The notes beneath the pieces were generated by a model, which worked only from the letters and a program-made list of their open reading frames with translations, made no database searches and had not been told where the DNA came from. Position numbers and translations under genes: made by a program. This document shows positions 34,201-47,900 of a DNA stretch of 64,000 nt, piece by piece. The stretch lies in assembly GCA_040954595.2 (NCBI GenBank), contig CM082593.2:4543434-4607433 (forward strand). Direction: 5' to 3'. Position 1 is the stretch's first letter; each line of letters opens with the position of its first letter. This stretch comes from Balanoglossus misakiensis. Its lineage: Eukaryota; Animalia; Hemichordata.

Positions 34201-37200
34201 AAATTGACATTTCTGGATGATTTTCATGAGCTATAACCCATGGTTTTTATCGAAAAATCACCAAATTTTGAAATTTCGCGAAGTCGAAAAATTGACATTT
34301 CTGGAAGATTTTCATGAGCTATAACCCATGGTTTTTATCGAAAAATCACCAAATTTTGAAATTTCGCGAAGTCGAAAAATTGACATTTCTGGAAGATTTT
34401 CATGAGCTATAACCCATGGTTTTTATCGAAAAATCACCAAATTTTGAAATTTCGCAAAGTCGAAAAATTGACATTTCTGGATGATTTTCATGGGCTATAA
34501 CCCATGGTTTTTGTCGAAAAATCACCAAATTTTGAAATTTCACGAAGTCGAAAAATTGACATTTCTGGATGATTTTCATGGGCTATAACCCATGGTTTTT
34601 GTCGAAAAACCACCAAATTTTGAAAATTCGCGAAGTCGAAAAATTGACATTTCTGGATGATTTTCATGGGCTATAACCCATGGTTTTTGTCGAAAAACCA
34701 CCACATTTTGAAAATTCGCGAAGTCGAAAAATTGACATTTCTGGATGATTTTCATGGGCTATAACCCATGGTTTTTGTCGAAAAACCACCAAATTTTGAA
34801 AATTCGCGAAGTCGAAAAATTGACATTTCTTGATGATTTTCAAGGGCTATAACCCATGGTTTTTGTCGAAAAACCACCAAATTTTGAAAATTCGCGAAGT
34901 CGAAAAATTGACATTTCTGGATGATTTTCATGAGCTATAACCCATGGTTTTTATCGAAAAATCACCAAATTTTGAAATTTCGCGAAGTCGAAAAATTGAC
35001 ATTTCTGGATGATTTTCATGAGCTATAACCCATGGTTTTTATCGAAAAATCACCAAATTTTGAAATTTCGCGAAGTCGAAAAATTGACATTTCTGGAAGA
35101 TTTTCATGAGCTATAACCCATGGTTTTTATCGAAAAATCACCAAATTTTGAAATTTCGCGAAGTCGAAAAATTGACATTTCTGGAAGATTTTCATGAGCT
35201 ATAACCCATGGTTTTTATCGAAAAATCACCAAATTTTGAAATTTCGCAAAGTCGAAAAATTGACATTTCTGGATGATTTTCATGGGCTATAACCCATGGT
35301 TTTTGTCGAAAAATCACCAAATTTTGAAATTTCACGAAGTCGAAAAATTGACATTTCTGGATGATTTTCATGGGCTATAACCCATGGTTTTTGTCGAAAA
35401 ACCACCAAATTTTGAAAATTCGCGAAGTCGAAAAATTGACATTTCTGGATGATTTTCATGGGCTATAACCCATGGTTTTTGTCGAAAAACCACCAAATTT
35501 TGAAAATTCGCGAAGTCGAAAAATTGACATTTCTGGATGATTTTCATGGGCTATAACCCATGTTTTTTGTCGAAAAACCACCAAATTTTGAAAATTCGCG
35601 AAGTCGAAAAATTGACATTTCTGGATGATTTTCATGGGCTATAACCCATGGTTTTTGTCGAAAAACCACCAAATTTTGAAAATTCGCGAAGTCGAAAAAT
35701 TGACATTTCTGGATGATTTTCATGGGCTATAACCCATGGTTTTTGTCGAAAAACCACCAAATTTTGAAAATTCGCGAAGTCAAAAAATTGACATTTCTGG
35801 ATGATTTTCATGGGCTATAACCCATGGTTTTTGTCGAAAAACCACCAAATTTTGAAAATTCGCGAAGTCGAAAAATTGACATTTCTGGATGATTTTCATG
35901 GGCTATAACCCATGGTTTTTGTCGAAAAACCACCAAATTTTGAAAATTCGCGAAGTCGAAAAATTGACATTTCTGGATGATTTTCATGGGCTATAACCCA
36001 TGGTTTTTGTCGAAAAACCACCACATTTTGAAAATTCGCGAAGTCGAAAAATTGACATTTCTGGATGATTTTCATGGGCTATAACCCATGGTTTTTGTCG
36101 AAAAACCACCAAATTTTGAAAATTCGCGTAGTCGAAAAATTGACATTTCTGGATGATTTTCATGGGCTATAACCCATGGTTTTTGTCGAAAAAACACCAA
36201 ATTTTGAAAATTCGCGAAGTCGGAAAATTGACATTTCTGGATGATTTTCATGGGCTATAACCCATGGTTTTTGTCGAAAAACCACCAAATTTTGAAATTT
36301 CGCGAAGTCGAAAAATTGACATTTCTGGATGATTTTCATGGGCTATAACCCATGGTTTTTGTCGAAAAATCACCAAATTTTGAAATTTCGCGAAGTCGAA
36401 AAATTGACATTTCTGGATGATTTTCATGGGCTATAACCCATGGTTTTTGTCGAAAAACCACCAAATTTTGAAAATTCGCGAAGTCGAAAAATTTACATTT
36501 CTGGATGATTTTCATGGGCTATAACCCATGGTTTTTGTCGAAAAACCACCAAATTTTGAAAATTCGCGAAGTCCAAAAATTGACATTTCTGGATGATTTT
36601 CATGGGCTATAACCCATGGTTTTTGTCGAAAAACCACCAAATTTTGAAAATTCGCGAAGTCGAAAAATTGACATTTCTGGATGATTTTCATGGGCTATAA
36701 CCCATGGTTTTTGTCGAAAAACCACCAAATTTTGAAAATTCGCGAAGTCGAAAAATTGACATTTCTGGATGATTTTCATGGGCTATAACCCATGGTTTTT
36801 GTCGAAAAACCACCAAATTTTGAAAATTCGCGAAGTCGAAAAATTGACATTTCTGGATGATTTTCATGGGCTATAACCCATGGTTTTTGTCGAAAAACCA
36901 CCAAATTTTGAAAATTCGCGAAGTCGAAAAATTGACATTTCTGGATGATTTTCATGGGCTATAACCCATGGTTTTTGTCGAAAAACCACCAAATTTTGAA
37001 AATTCGCGAAGTCGAAAAATTGACATTTCTGGATGATTTTCATGGGCTATAACCCATGGTTTTTGTCGAAAAACCACCAAATTTTGAAAATTCGCGAAGT
37101 CGAAAAATTGACATTTCTGGATGATTTTCATGGGCTATAACCCATGGTTTTTGTCGAAAAACCACCAAATTTTGAAAATTCGCGAAGTTGAAAAATTGAC

Positions 37201-40200
37201 ATTTCTGGATGATTTTCATGGGCTATAACCCATGGTTTTTGTCGAAAAACCACCAAATTTTGAAAATTCGCGAAGTCGAAAAATTGACATTTCTGGATGA
37301 TTTTCATGGGCTATAACCCATGGTTTTTGTCGAAAAACCACCAAATTTTGAAAATTCGCGAAGTCGAAAAATTGACATTTCTGGATGATTTTCATGGGCT
37401 ATAACCCATGGTTTTTGTCGAAAAACCACCAAATTTTGAAAATTCGCGAAGTCGAAAAATTGACATTTCTGGATGATTTTCATGGGCTATAACCCATGGT
37501 TTTTGTCGAAAAACCACCAAATTTTGAAAATTCGCGAAGTCGAAAAATTGACATTTCTGGATGATTTTCATGGGCTATAACCCATGGTTTTTGTCGAAAA
37601 ACCACCAAATTTTGAAAATTCGCGAAGTCGAAAAATTGACATTTCTGGATGATTTTCATGGGCTATAACCCATGGTTTTTGTCGAAAAACCACCAAATTT
37701 TGAAAATTCGCGAAGTCGAAAAATTGACATTTCTGGATGATTTTCATGGGCTATAACCCATGGTTTTTGTCGAAAAACCACCAAATTTTGAAAATTCGCG
37801 AAGTCGGAAAATTGACATTTCTGGATGATTTTCATGGGCTATAACCCATGGTTTTTGTCGAAAAACCACCAAATTTTGAAATTTCGCGAAGTCGAAAAAT
37901 TGACATTTCTGGATGATTTTCATGGGCTATAACCCATGGTTTTTGTCGAAAAATCACCAAATTTTGAAATTTCACGAAGTCGAAAAATTGACATTTCTGG
38001 ATGATTTTCATGGGCTATAACCCATGGTTTTTGTCGAAAAACCACCAAATTTTGAAAATTCGCGAAGTCGAAAAATTTACATTTCTGGATGATTTTCATG
38101 GGCTATAACCCATGGTTTTTGTCGAAAAACCACCAAATTTTGAAAATTCGCGAAGTCCAAAAATTGACATTTCTGGATGATTTTCATGGGCTATAACCCA
38201 TGGTTTTTGTCGAAAAACCACCAAATTTTGAAAATTCGCGAAGTCGAAAAATTGACATTTCTGGATGATTTTCATGGGCTATAACCCATGGTTTTTGTCG
38301 AAAAACCACCAAATTTTGAAAATTCGCGAAGTCGAAAAATTGACATTTCTGGATGATTTTCATGGGCTATAACCCATGTTTTTTGTCGAAAAACCACCAA
38401 ATTTTGAAAATTCGCGAAGTCGAAAAATTGACATTTCTGGATGATTTTCATAGGCTATAACCCATGGTTTTTGTCGAAAAACCACCAAATTTTGAAAATT
38501 CGCGAAGTCGAAAAATTGACATTTCTGGATGATTTTCATGGGCTATAACCCATGGTTTTTGTCGAAAAACCACCAAATTTTGAAAATTCGCGAAGTCGAA
38601 AAATTTACATTTCTGGATGATTTTCATGGGCTATAACCCATGGTTTTTGTCGAAAAACCACCAAATTTTGAAAATTCGCGAAGTCGAAAAATTGACATTT
38701 CTGGATGATTTTCATGGGCTATAACCTATGGTTTTTGTCGAAAAACCACCAAATTTTGAAAATTCGCGAAGTTGAAAAATTGACATTTCTGGATGATTTT
38801 CATGGGCTATAACCCATGGTTTTTGTCGAAAAACCACTAAATTTTGAAAATTCGCGAAGTCGAAAAATTGACATTTCTGGATGATTTTCATGGGCTATAA
38901 CCCATGGTTTTTGTCGAAAAACCACCAAATTTTGAAAATTCGCGAAGTCCAAAAATTGACATTTCTGGATGATTTTCATGGGCTATAACCCATGGTTTTT
39001 GTCGAAAAACCACTAAATTTTGAAAATTCGCGAAGTCGAAAAATTGACATTTCTGGATTGATTTTCATGGGCTATAACCCATGGTTTTTGTCGAAAAACC
39101 ACCAAATTTTGAAAATTCGCGAAGTCGAAAAATTGACATTTCTGGATAATTTTCATGGGCTATAACCCATGGTTTTTGTCGAAAAACCACCAAATTTTGA
39201 AAATCCGGGAAGTCGAAAAATTGACATTTCTGGATGATTTTCATGGGCTATAACCCATGGTTTTTGTCGAAAAACCACCAAATTTTGAAAATTCGCGAAG
39301 TCGAAAAATTGACATTTCTGGATGATTTTCATGGGCTATAACCCATGGTTTTTGTCGAAAAACCACCACATTTTGAAAATTCGCGAAGTCGAAAAATTGA
39401 CATTTCTGGATTATTTTCATGGGCTATAACCCATGGTTTTTGTCGAAAAACCACCAAATTTTGAAAATTCGCGTAGTCGAAAAATTGACATTTCTGGATG
39501 ATTTTCATGGGCTATAACCCATGGTTTTTATCGAAAAATCACCAAATTTTGAAATTTCGCGAAGTCGAAAAATTGACATTTCTGGATGATTTTCATGAGC
39601 TATAACCCATGGTTTTTATCGAAAAATCACCAAATTTTGAAATTTCGCAAAGTCGAAAAATTGACATTTCTGGATGATTTTCATGGGCTATAACCCATGG
39701 TTTTTGTCGAAAAACCACAAAATTTTGAAAATTCGCGAAGTCGAAAAATTGACATTTCTGGATGATTTTCATGGGCTATAACCCATGGTTTTTGTCGAAA
39801 AACCACCAAATTTTGAAAATTCGCGAAGTCGAAAAATTCACATTTCTGGATGATTTTCATGGGCTATAACCCATGGTTTTTGTCGAAAAACCACCAAATT
39901 TTGAAATTTTGCAAAGTCGAAAAATTGACATTTCTGGATTATTTTCATGGGCTATAACCCATGGTTTTTGTCGAAAAACCACCAAATTTTGAAAATTCGC
40001 GTAGTCGAAAAATTGACATTTCTGGATGATTTTCATGGGCTATAACCCATGGTTTTTATCGAAAAATCACCAAATTTTGAAATTTCGCGAAGTCGAAAAA
40101 TTGACATTTCTGGATGATTTTCATGAGCTATAACCCATGGTTTTTATCGAAAAATCACCAAATTTTGAAATTTCGCAAAGTCGAAAAATTGACATTTCTG

Positions 40201-43200
40201 GATGATTTTCATGGGCTATAACCCATGGTTTTTGTCGAAAAACCACAAAATTTTGAAAATTCGCGAAGTCGAAAAATTGACATTTCTGGATGATTTTCAT
40301 GGGCTATAACCCATGGTTTTTGTCGAAAAACCACCAAATTTTGAAAATTCGCGAAGTCGAAAAATTCACATTTCTGGATGATTTTCATGGGCTATAACCC
40401 ATGGTTTTTGTCGAAAAACCACCAAATTTTGAAATTTTGCAAAGTCGAAAAATTGACATTTCTGGATGATTTTCATGGGCTATAACCCATGGTTTTTGTC
40501 GAAAAACCACCAAATTTGAAAATTCGCGAAGTCGAAAAATTGACATTTCTGGATGATTTTCATGGGCTATAACCCATGCTTTTTATCGAAAAATCACCAA
40601 ATTTTGAAATTTCGCGAAGTCGAAAAATTGACATTTCTGGATGATTTTCATGAGCTATAACCCATGGTTTTTATCGAAAAATCACCAAATTTTGAAATTT
40701 CGCAAAGTCGAAAAATTGACATTTCTTGATGATTTTCATGGGCTATAACCCATGGTTTTTGTCGAAAAACCACCAAATTTTGAAAATTCGCGAAGTCGAA
40801 AAATTGACATTTCTGGATGATTTTCATGAGCTATAACCCATGGTTTTTATCGAAAAATCACCAAATTTTGAAAATTCGCGAAGTCGAAAAATTGACATTT
40901 CTGGATGATTTTCATGAGCTATAACCCATGGTTTTTGTCGAAAAACCACCAAATTTTGAAAATTCGCGAAGTCGAAAAATTGACATTTCTGGATGATTTT
41001 CATGAGCTATAACCCATGGTTTTTGTCGAAAAATCTCCAAATTTTGAAATTTCGCGAAGTCGAAAAATTGACTTTTCTGGATTATTTTCATGGGCTATAA
41101 CCCATGGTTTTTGTCGAAAAACCACCAAATTTTGAAAATTAGCGAAGTCGAAAAATTGACATTTCTGGATGATTTTCATGAGCTATAACCCATGGTTTTT
41201 ATCGAAAAATCACCAAATTTTGAAATTTCGCGAAGTCGAAAAATTGACATTTCTGGATGATTTTCATGAGCTATAACCCATGGTTTTTATCGAAAAATCA
41301 CCAAATTTTGAAATTTCGCGAAGTCGAAAAATTGACATTTCTGGATGATTTTCATGGGCTATAACCCATGGTTTTTATCGAAAAATCACCAAATTTTGAA
41401 AATTCGCGAAGTCGAAAAATTGACATTTCTGGATGATTTTCATGGGCTATAACCCATGGTTTTTATCTAAAAATCACCAAATTTTGAAATTTCGCAAAGT
41501 CGAAAAATTGACATTTCTGGATGATTTTCATGGGCTATAACCCATGGTTTTTGTCGAAAAATCACCAAATTTTGAAATTTCGCGAAGTCGAAAAATTGAC
41601 ATTTCTGGATGATTTTCATGGGCTATAACCCATGGTTTTTGTCGAAAAACCACCAAATTTTGAAAATTCGCGAAGTCGAAAAATTGACATTTCTGGATGA
41701 TTTTCATGGGCTATAACCCATGGTTTTTGTCGAAAAACCACCAAATTTTGAAAATTCGCGAAGTCGAAAAATTGACATTTCTGGATGATTTTCATGGGCT
41801 ATAACCCATGGTTTTTGTCGAAAAACCACCAAATTTTGAAAATTCGCGAAGTCGAAAAATTGACATTTCTGGATGATTTTCATGGGCTATAACCCATGGT
41901 TTTTGTCGAAAAACCACCAAATTTTGAAAATTCGCGAAGTCGAAAAATTGACATTTCTGGATGATTTTCATGGGCTATAACCCATGCTTTTTATCGAAAA
42001 ATCTCCAAATTTTGAAATTTCGCGAAGTCGAAAAATTGACATTTCTGGATGATTTTCATGGGCTATAACCCATGGTTTTTGTCGAAAAACCACCAAATTT
42101 TGAAAATTCGCGAAGTCGAAAAATTGACATTTCTGGATGATTTTCATGAGCTATAACCCATGGTTTTTATCGAAAAATCACCAAATTTTGAAATTTCGCG
42201 AAGTCGAAAAATTGACATTTCTGGATGATTTTCATGAGCTATAACCCATGGTATTTATCGAAAAATCACCAAATTTTGAAATTTCGCGAAGTCGAAAAAT
42301 TGACATTTCTGGATGATTTTCATGGGCTATAACCCATGGTTTTTATCTAAAAATCACCAAATTTTGAAATTTCGCAAAGTCGAAAAATTGACATTTCTGG
42401 ATGATTTTCATGGGCTATAACCCATGGTTTTTGTCGAAAAATCACCAAATTTTGAAATTTCGCGAAGTCGAAAAATTGACATTTCTGGATGATTTTCATG
42501 GGCTATAACCCATGGTTTTTGTCGAAAAACCACCAAATTTTGAAAATTCGCGAAGTCGAAAAATTGACATTTCTGGATGATTTTCATGGGCTATAACCCA
42601 TGGTTTTTGTCGAAAAACCACCAAATTTTGAAAATTCGCGAAGTCGAAAAATTGACATTTCTGGATGATTTTCATGGGCTATAACCCATGGTTTTTGTCG
42701 AAAAACCACCAAATTTTGAAAATTCGCGAAGTCGAAAAATTGACATTTCTGGATGATTTTCATGGGCTATAACCCATGGTTTTTGTCGAAAAACCACCAA
42801 ATTTTGAAAATTCGCGAAGTCGAAAAATTGACATTTCTGGATGATTTTCATGGGCTATAACCCATGCTTTTTATCGAAAAATCTCCAAATTTTGAAATTT
42901 CGCGAAGTCGAAAAATTGACATTTCTGGATGATTTTCATGGGCTATAACCCATGGTTTTTGTCGAAAAACCACCAAATTTTGAAAATTCGCGAAGTCGAA
43001 AAATTGACATTTCTGGATGATTTTCATGAGCTATAACCCATGGTTTTTATCGAAAAATCACCAAATTTTGAAATTTCGCGAAGTCGAAAAATTGACATTT
43101 CTGGATGATTTTCATGAGCTATAACCCATGGTATTTATCGAAAAATCACCAAATTTTGAAATTTCGCGAAGTCGAAAAATTGACATTTCTGGATGATTTT

Positions 43201-44990
43201 CATGGGCTATAACCCATGGTTTTTATCGAAAAATCACCAAATTTTGAAAATTCGCGAAGTCGAAAAATTGACATTTCTGGATGATTTTCATGGGCTATAA
43301 CCCATGGTTTTTATCTAAAAATCACCAAATTTTGAAATTTCGCAAAGTCGAAAAATTGACATTTCTGGATGATTTTCATGGGCTATAACCCATGGTTTTT
43401 GTCGAAAAATCACCAAATGTTGAAATTTCGCGAAGTCGAAAAATTGACATTTCTGGATGATTTTCATGGGCTATAACCCATGGTTTTTGTCGAAAAACCA
43501 CCAAATTTTGAAAATTCGCGAAGTCGAAAAATTGACATTTCTGGATGATTTTCATGGGCTATAACCCATGGTTTTTGTCGAAAAACCACCAAATTTTGAA
43601 AATTCGCGAAGTCGAAAAATTGACATTTCTGGATGATTTTCATGGGCTATAACCCATGGTTTTTGTCGAAAAACCACCAAATTTTGAAAATTCGCGAAGT
43701 CGAAAAATTGACATTTCTGGATGATTTTCATGGGCTATAACCCATGGTTTTTGTCGAAAAACCACCAAATTTTGAAAATTCGCGAAGTCGAAAAATTGAC
43801 ATTTCTGGATGATTTTCATGGGCTATAACCCATGGTTTTTGTCGAAAAACCACCAAATTTTGAAAATTCGCGAAGTCGAAAAATTGACATTTCTGGATGA
43901 TTTTCATGGGCTATAACCCATGGTTTTTGTCGAAAAACCACCAAATTTTGAAAATTCGCGAAGTCGAAAAATTGACATTTCTGGATGATTTTCATGGGCT
44001 ATAACCCATGGTTTTTGTCGAAAAACCACCAAATTTTGAAAATTCGCGAAGTCGAAAAATTGACATTTCTGGATGATTTTCATGGGCTATAACCCATGGT
44101 TTTTATCGAAAAACCACCAAATTTTGAAAATTCGCGAAGTCGAAAAATTGACATTTCTGGATGATTTTCATGGGCTATAACCCATGGTTTTTGTCGAAAA
44201 ACCACCAAATTTTGAAAATCCGGGAAGTCGAAAAATTGACATTTCTGGATGATTTTCATGGGCTATAACCCATGGTTTTTGTCGAAAAATCACCAAATTT
44301 TGAAATTTCGCGAAGTCGAAAAATTGACATTTCTGGATGATTTTCATGGGCTATAACCCATGGTTTTTGTCGAAAAACCACCAAATTTTGAAAATTCGCG
44401 TAGTCGAAAAATTGACATTTCTGGATGATTTTCATGGGCTATAACCCATGGTTTTTGTCGAAAAACCACCAAATTTTGAAATTTCGCGAAGTCGAAAAAT
44501 TGACATTTCTGGATGATTTTCATGGGCTATAACCCATGGTTTTTGTCGAAAAATCACCAAATTTTGAAATTTCGCAAAGTCGAAAAATTGACATTTCTGG
44601 ATGATTTTCATGGGCTATAACCCATGGTTTTTGTCGAAAAACCACCAAATTTTGAAAATTCGCGAAGTCGAAAAATTGACATTTCTGGATGATTTTCATG
44701 GGCTATAACCCATGGTTTTTGTCGAAAAACCACCAAATTTTGAAAATTCGCGAAGTCGAAAAATTGACATTTCTGGATGATTTTCATGGGCTATAACCCA
44801 TGGTTTTTCTCGAAAAACCACCAAATTTTGATTATTCGCGAAGTCGAAAAATTGACATTTCTGGATGATTTTCATGGGCTATAACCCATGGTTTTTGTCG
44901 AAAAACCACCAAATTTTGAAAATTCGCGAAGTCCAAAAATTGACATTTCTGGATGATTTTCATGAGCTATAACCCATGGTTTTTATCGAA
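28211..44990 (+). repeat. 88-bp tandem satellite array, forward arm (~190 copies)
   Basis: Monomer GAAAAATTGACATTTCTGGATGATTTTCATGGGCTATAACCCATGGTTTTTGTCGAAAAACCACCAAATTTTGAAAATTCGCGAAGTC; period checked at 29101 and 29189. Confidence 0.98.
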
Positions 44991-47900
44991 AATCATCCAG
45001 AAATGTCAATTTTTCGACTTCGCGAATTTTCAAAAGTTTGTGGTTTTTCGACAAAAACCATGGGTTATAGCCCATGAAAATCATCCAGAAATGTCAATTT
45101 TTCGACTTCGCGAATTTTCAAAATTTGGTGGTTTTTCGACAAAAACCATGGGTTATAGCCCATGAAAATCATCCAGAAATGTCAATTTTTCGACTTCGCG
45201 AATTTTCAAAATTTGGTGGTTTTTCGACAAAAACCATGGGTTATAGCCCATGAAAATCATCCAGAAATGTCAATTTATCGACTTCCCGGATTTTCAAAAT
45301 TTGGTGGTTTTTCGACAAAAACCATGGGTTATAGCCCATGAAAATCATCCAGAAATGTGAATTTTTCGACTTCGCGAATTTTTAAAATTTGGTGGTTTTT
45401 CGACAAAAACCATGGGTTATAGCCCATGAAAATCATCCAGAAATGTCAATTTTTCGACTTCGCGAATTTTCAAAATTTGGTGGTTTTTCGACAAAAACCA
45501 TGGGTTATAGCCCATGAAAATCATCAAGAAATGTCAATTTTTCGACTTTGCGAAATTTCAAAATTTGGTGATTTTTCGATAAAAACCATGGGTTATAGCT
45601 CATGAAAATCATCCAGAAATGTCAATTTTTCGACTTCGCGAAATTTCAAAATTTGGTGATTTTTCGACAAAAACCATGGGTTATAGCCCATGAAAATCAT
45701 CCAGAAATGTCAATTTTTCGACTACGCGAATTTTCAAAATTTGGTGGTTTTTCGACAAAAACCATGGGTTATAGCCCATGAAAATCATCCAGAAATGTCA
45801 ATTTTTCGACTTCGCGAATTTTCAAAATGTGGTGGTTTTTCGACAAAAACCATGGGTTATAGCCCATGAAAGTCATCCAGAAATGTCAATTTTTCGACTT
45901 CGCGAATTTTCAAAATTTGGTGGTTTTTCGACAAAAACCATGGTTTATAGCCCATGAAAATCATCCAGAAATGTCAATTTTTCGACTTCCCGGATTTTCA
46001 AAATTTGGTGGTTTTTCGACAAAAACCATGGGTTATAGCCCATGAAAATCATCCAGAAATGTCAATTTTTCGACTTCGCGAATTTTCAAAATTTGGTGGT
46101 TTTTCGACAAAAACCATGGGTTATAGCCCATGAAAATCATCCAGAAATGTCAATTTTTCGACTTCGCGAATTTTCAAAATTTAGTGGTTTTTCGACAAAA
46201 ACCATGGGTTATAGCCCATGAAAATCATCCAGAAATGTCAATTTTTCGACTTCGCGAATTTTCAAAATTTGGTGGTTTTTCGAGAAAAACCATGGGTTAT
46301 AGCCCATGAAAATCATCCAGAAATGTCAATTTTTCGACTTCGCGAATTTTCAAAATTTGGTGGTTTTTCGACAAAAACCATGGGTTATAGCCCATGAAAA
46401 TCATCAAGAAATGTCAATTTTTCGACTTTGCGAAATTTCAAATTTTGGTGATTTTTCGATAAAAACCATGGGTTATAGCTCATGAAAATCATCCAGAAAT
46501 GTCAATTTTTCGACTTCGCGAAATTTCAAAATTTGGTGATTTTTCGATAAAAACCATGGGTTATAGCTCATGAAAATCATCCAGAAATGTCAATTTTTCG
46601 ACTTCGCGAAATTTCAAAATTTTGTGATTTTTCGATAAAAACCATGGGTTATAGCTCATGAAAATCATCCAGAAATGTCAATTTTTCGACTTCGCGAAAT
46701 TTCAAAATTTGGAGATTTTTCGATAAAAAGCATGGGTTATAGCCCATGAAAATCATCCAGAAATGTCAATTTTTCGACTTCGCGAATTTTCAAAATTTGG
46801 TGGTTTTTCGACAAAAACCATGGGTTATAGCCCATGAAAATCATCCAGAAATGTCAATTTTTCGACTTCCCGGATTTTCAAAATTTGGTGGTTTTTCGAC
46901 AAAAACCATGGGTTATAGCCCATGAAAATCATCCAGAAATGTCAATTTTTCGACTTCGCGAATTTTCAAAATTTGGTGGTTTTTCGACAAAAACCATGGG
47001 TTATAGCCCATGAAAATCATCCAGAAATGTCAATTTTTCGACTTCGCGAATTTTCAAAATTTGGTGGTTTTTCGACAAAAACCATGGGTTATAGCCCATG
47101 AAAATCATCCAGAAATGTCAATTTTTCGACTTCGCGAAATTTCAAAATTTGGTGGTTTTTCGACAAAAACCATGGGTTATAGCCCATGAAAATCATCCAG
47201 AAATGTCAATTTTTCAACTTCGCGAATTTTCAAAATTTGGTGGTTTTTCGAGAAAAACCATGGGTTATAGCCCATGAAAATCATCCAGAAATGTCAATTT
47301 TTCGACTTCGCGAATTTTCAAAATTTGGTGGTTTTTCGACAAAAACCATGGGTTATAGCCCATGAAAATCATCCAGAAATGTCAATTTTTCGACTTCGCG
47401 AATTTTCAAAATTTGGTGGTTTTTCGACAAAAACCATGGGTTATAGCCCATGAAAATCATCCAGAAATGTCAATTTTTCGACTTCGCGAATTTTCAAAAT
47501 TTGGTGGTTTTTCGATAAAAACCATGGGTTATAGCCCATGAAAATCATCCAGAAATGTCAATTTTTCGACTACGCGAATTTTCAAAATGTGGTGGTTTTT
47601 CGACAAAAACCATGGGTTATAGCCCATGAAAATCATCCAGAAATGTCAATTTTTCGACTTCGCGAATTTTCAAAATGTGGTGGTTTTTCGACAAAAACCA
47701 TGGGTTATAGCCCATGAAAATCATCCAGAAATGTCAATTTTTCGACTTCGCGAATTTTCAAAATTTGGTGGTTTTTCGACAAAAACCATGGGTTATAGCC
47801 CATGAAAATCATCCAGAAATGTCAATTTTTCGACTTCCCGGATTTTCAAAATTTGGTGGTTTTTCGACAAAAACCATGGGTTATAGCCCATGAAAATCAT

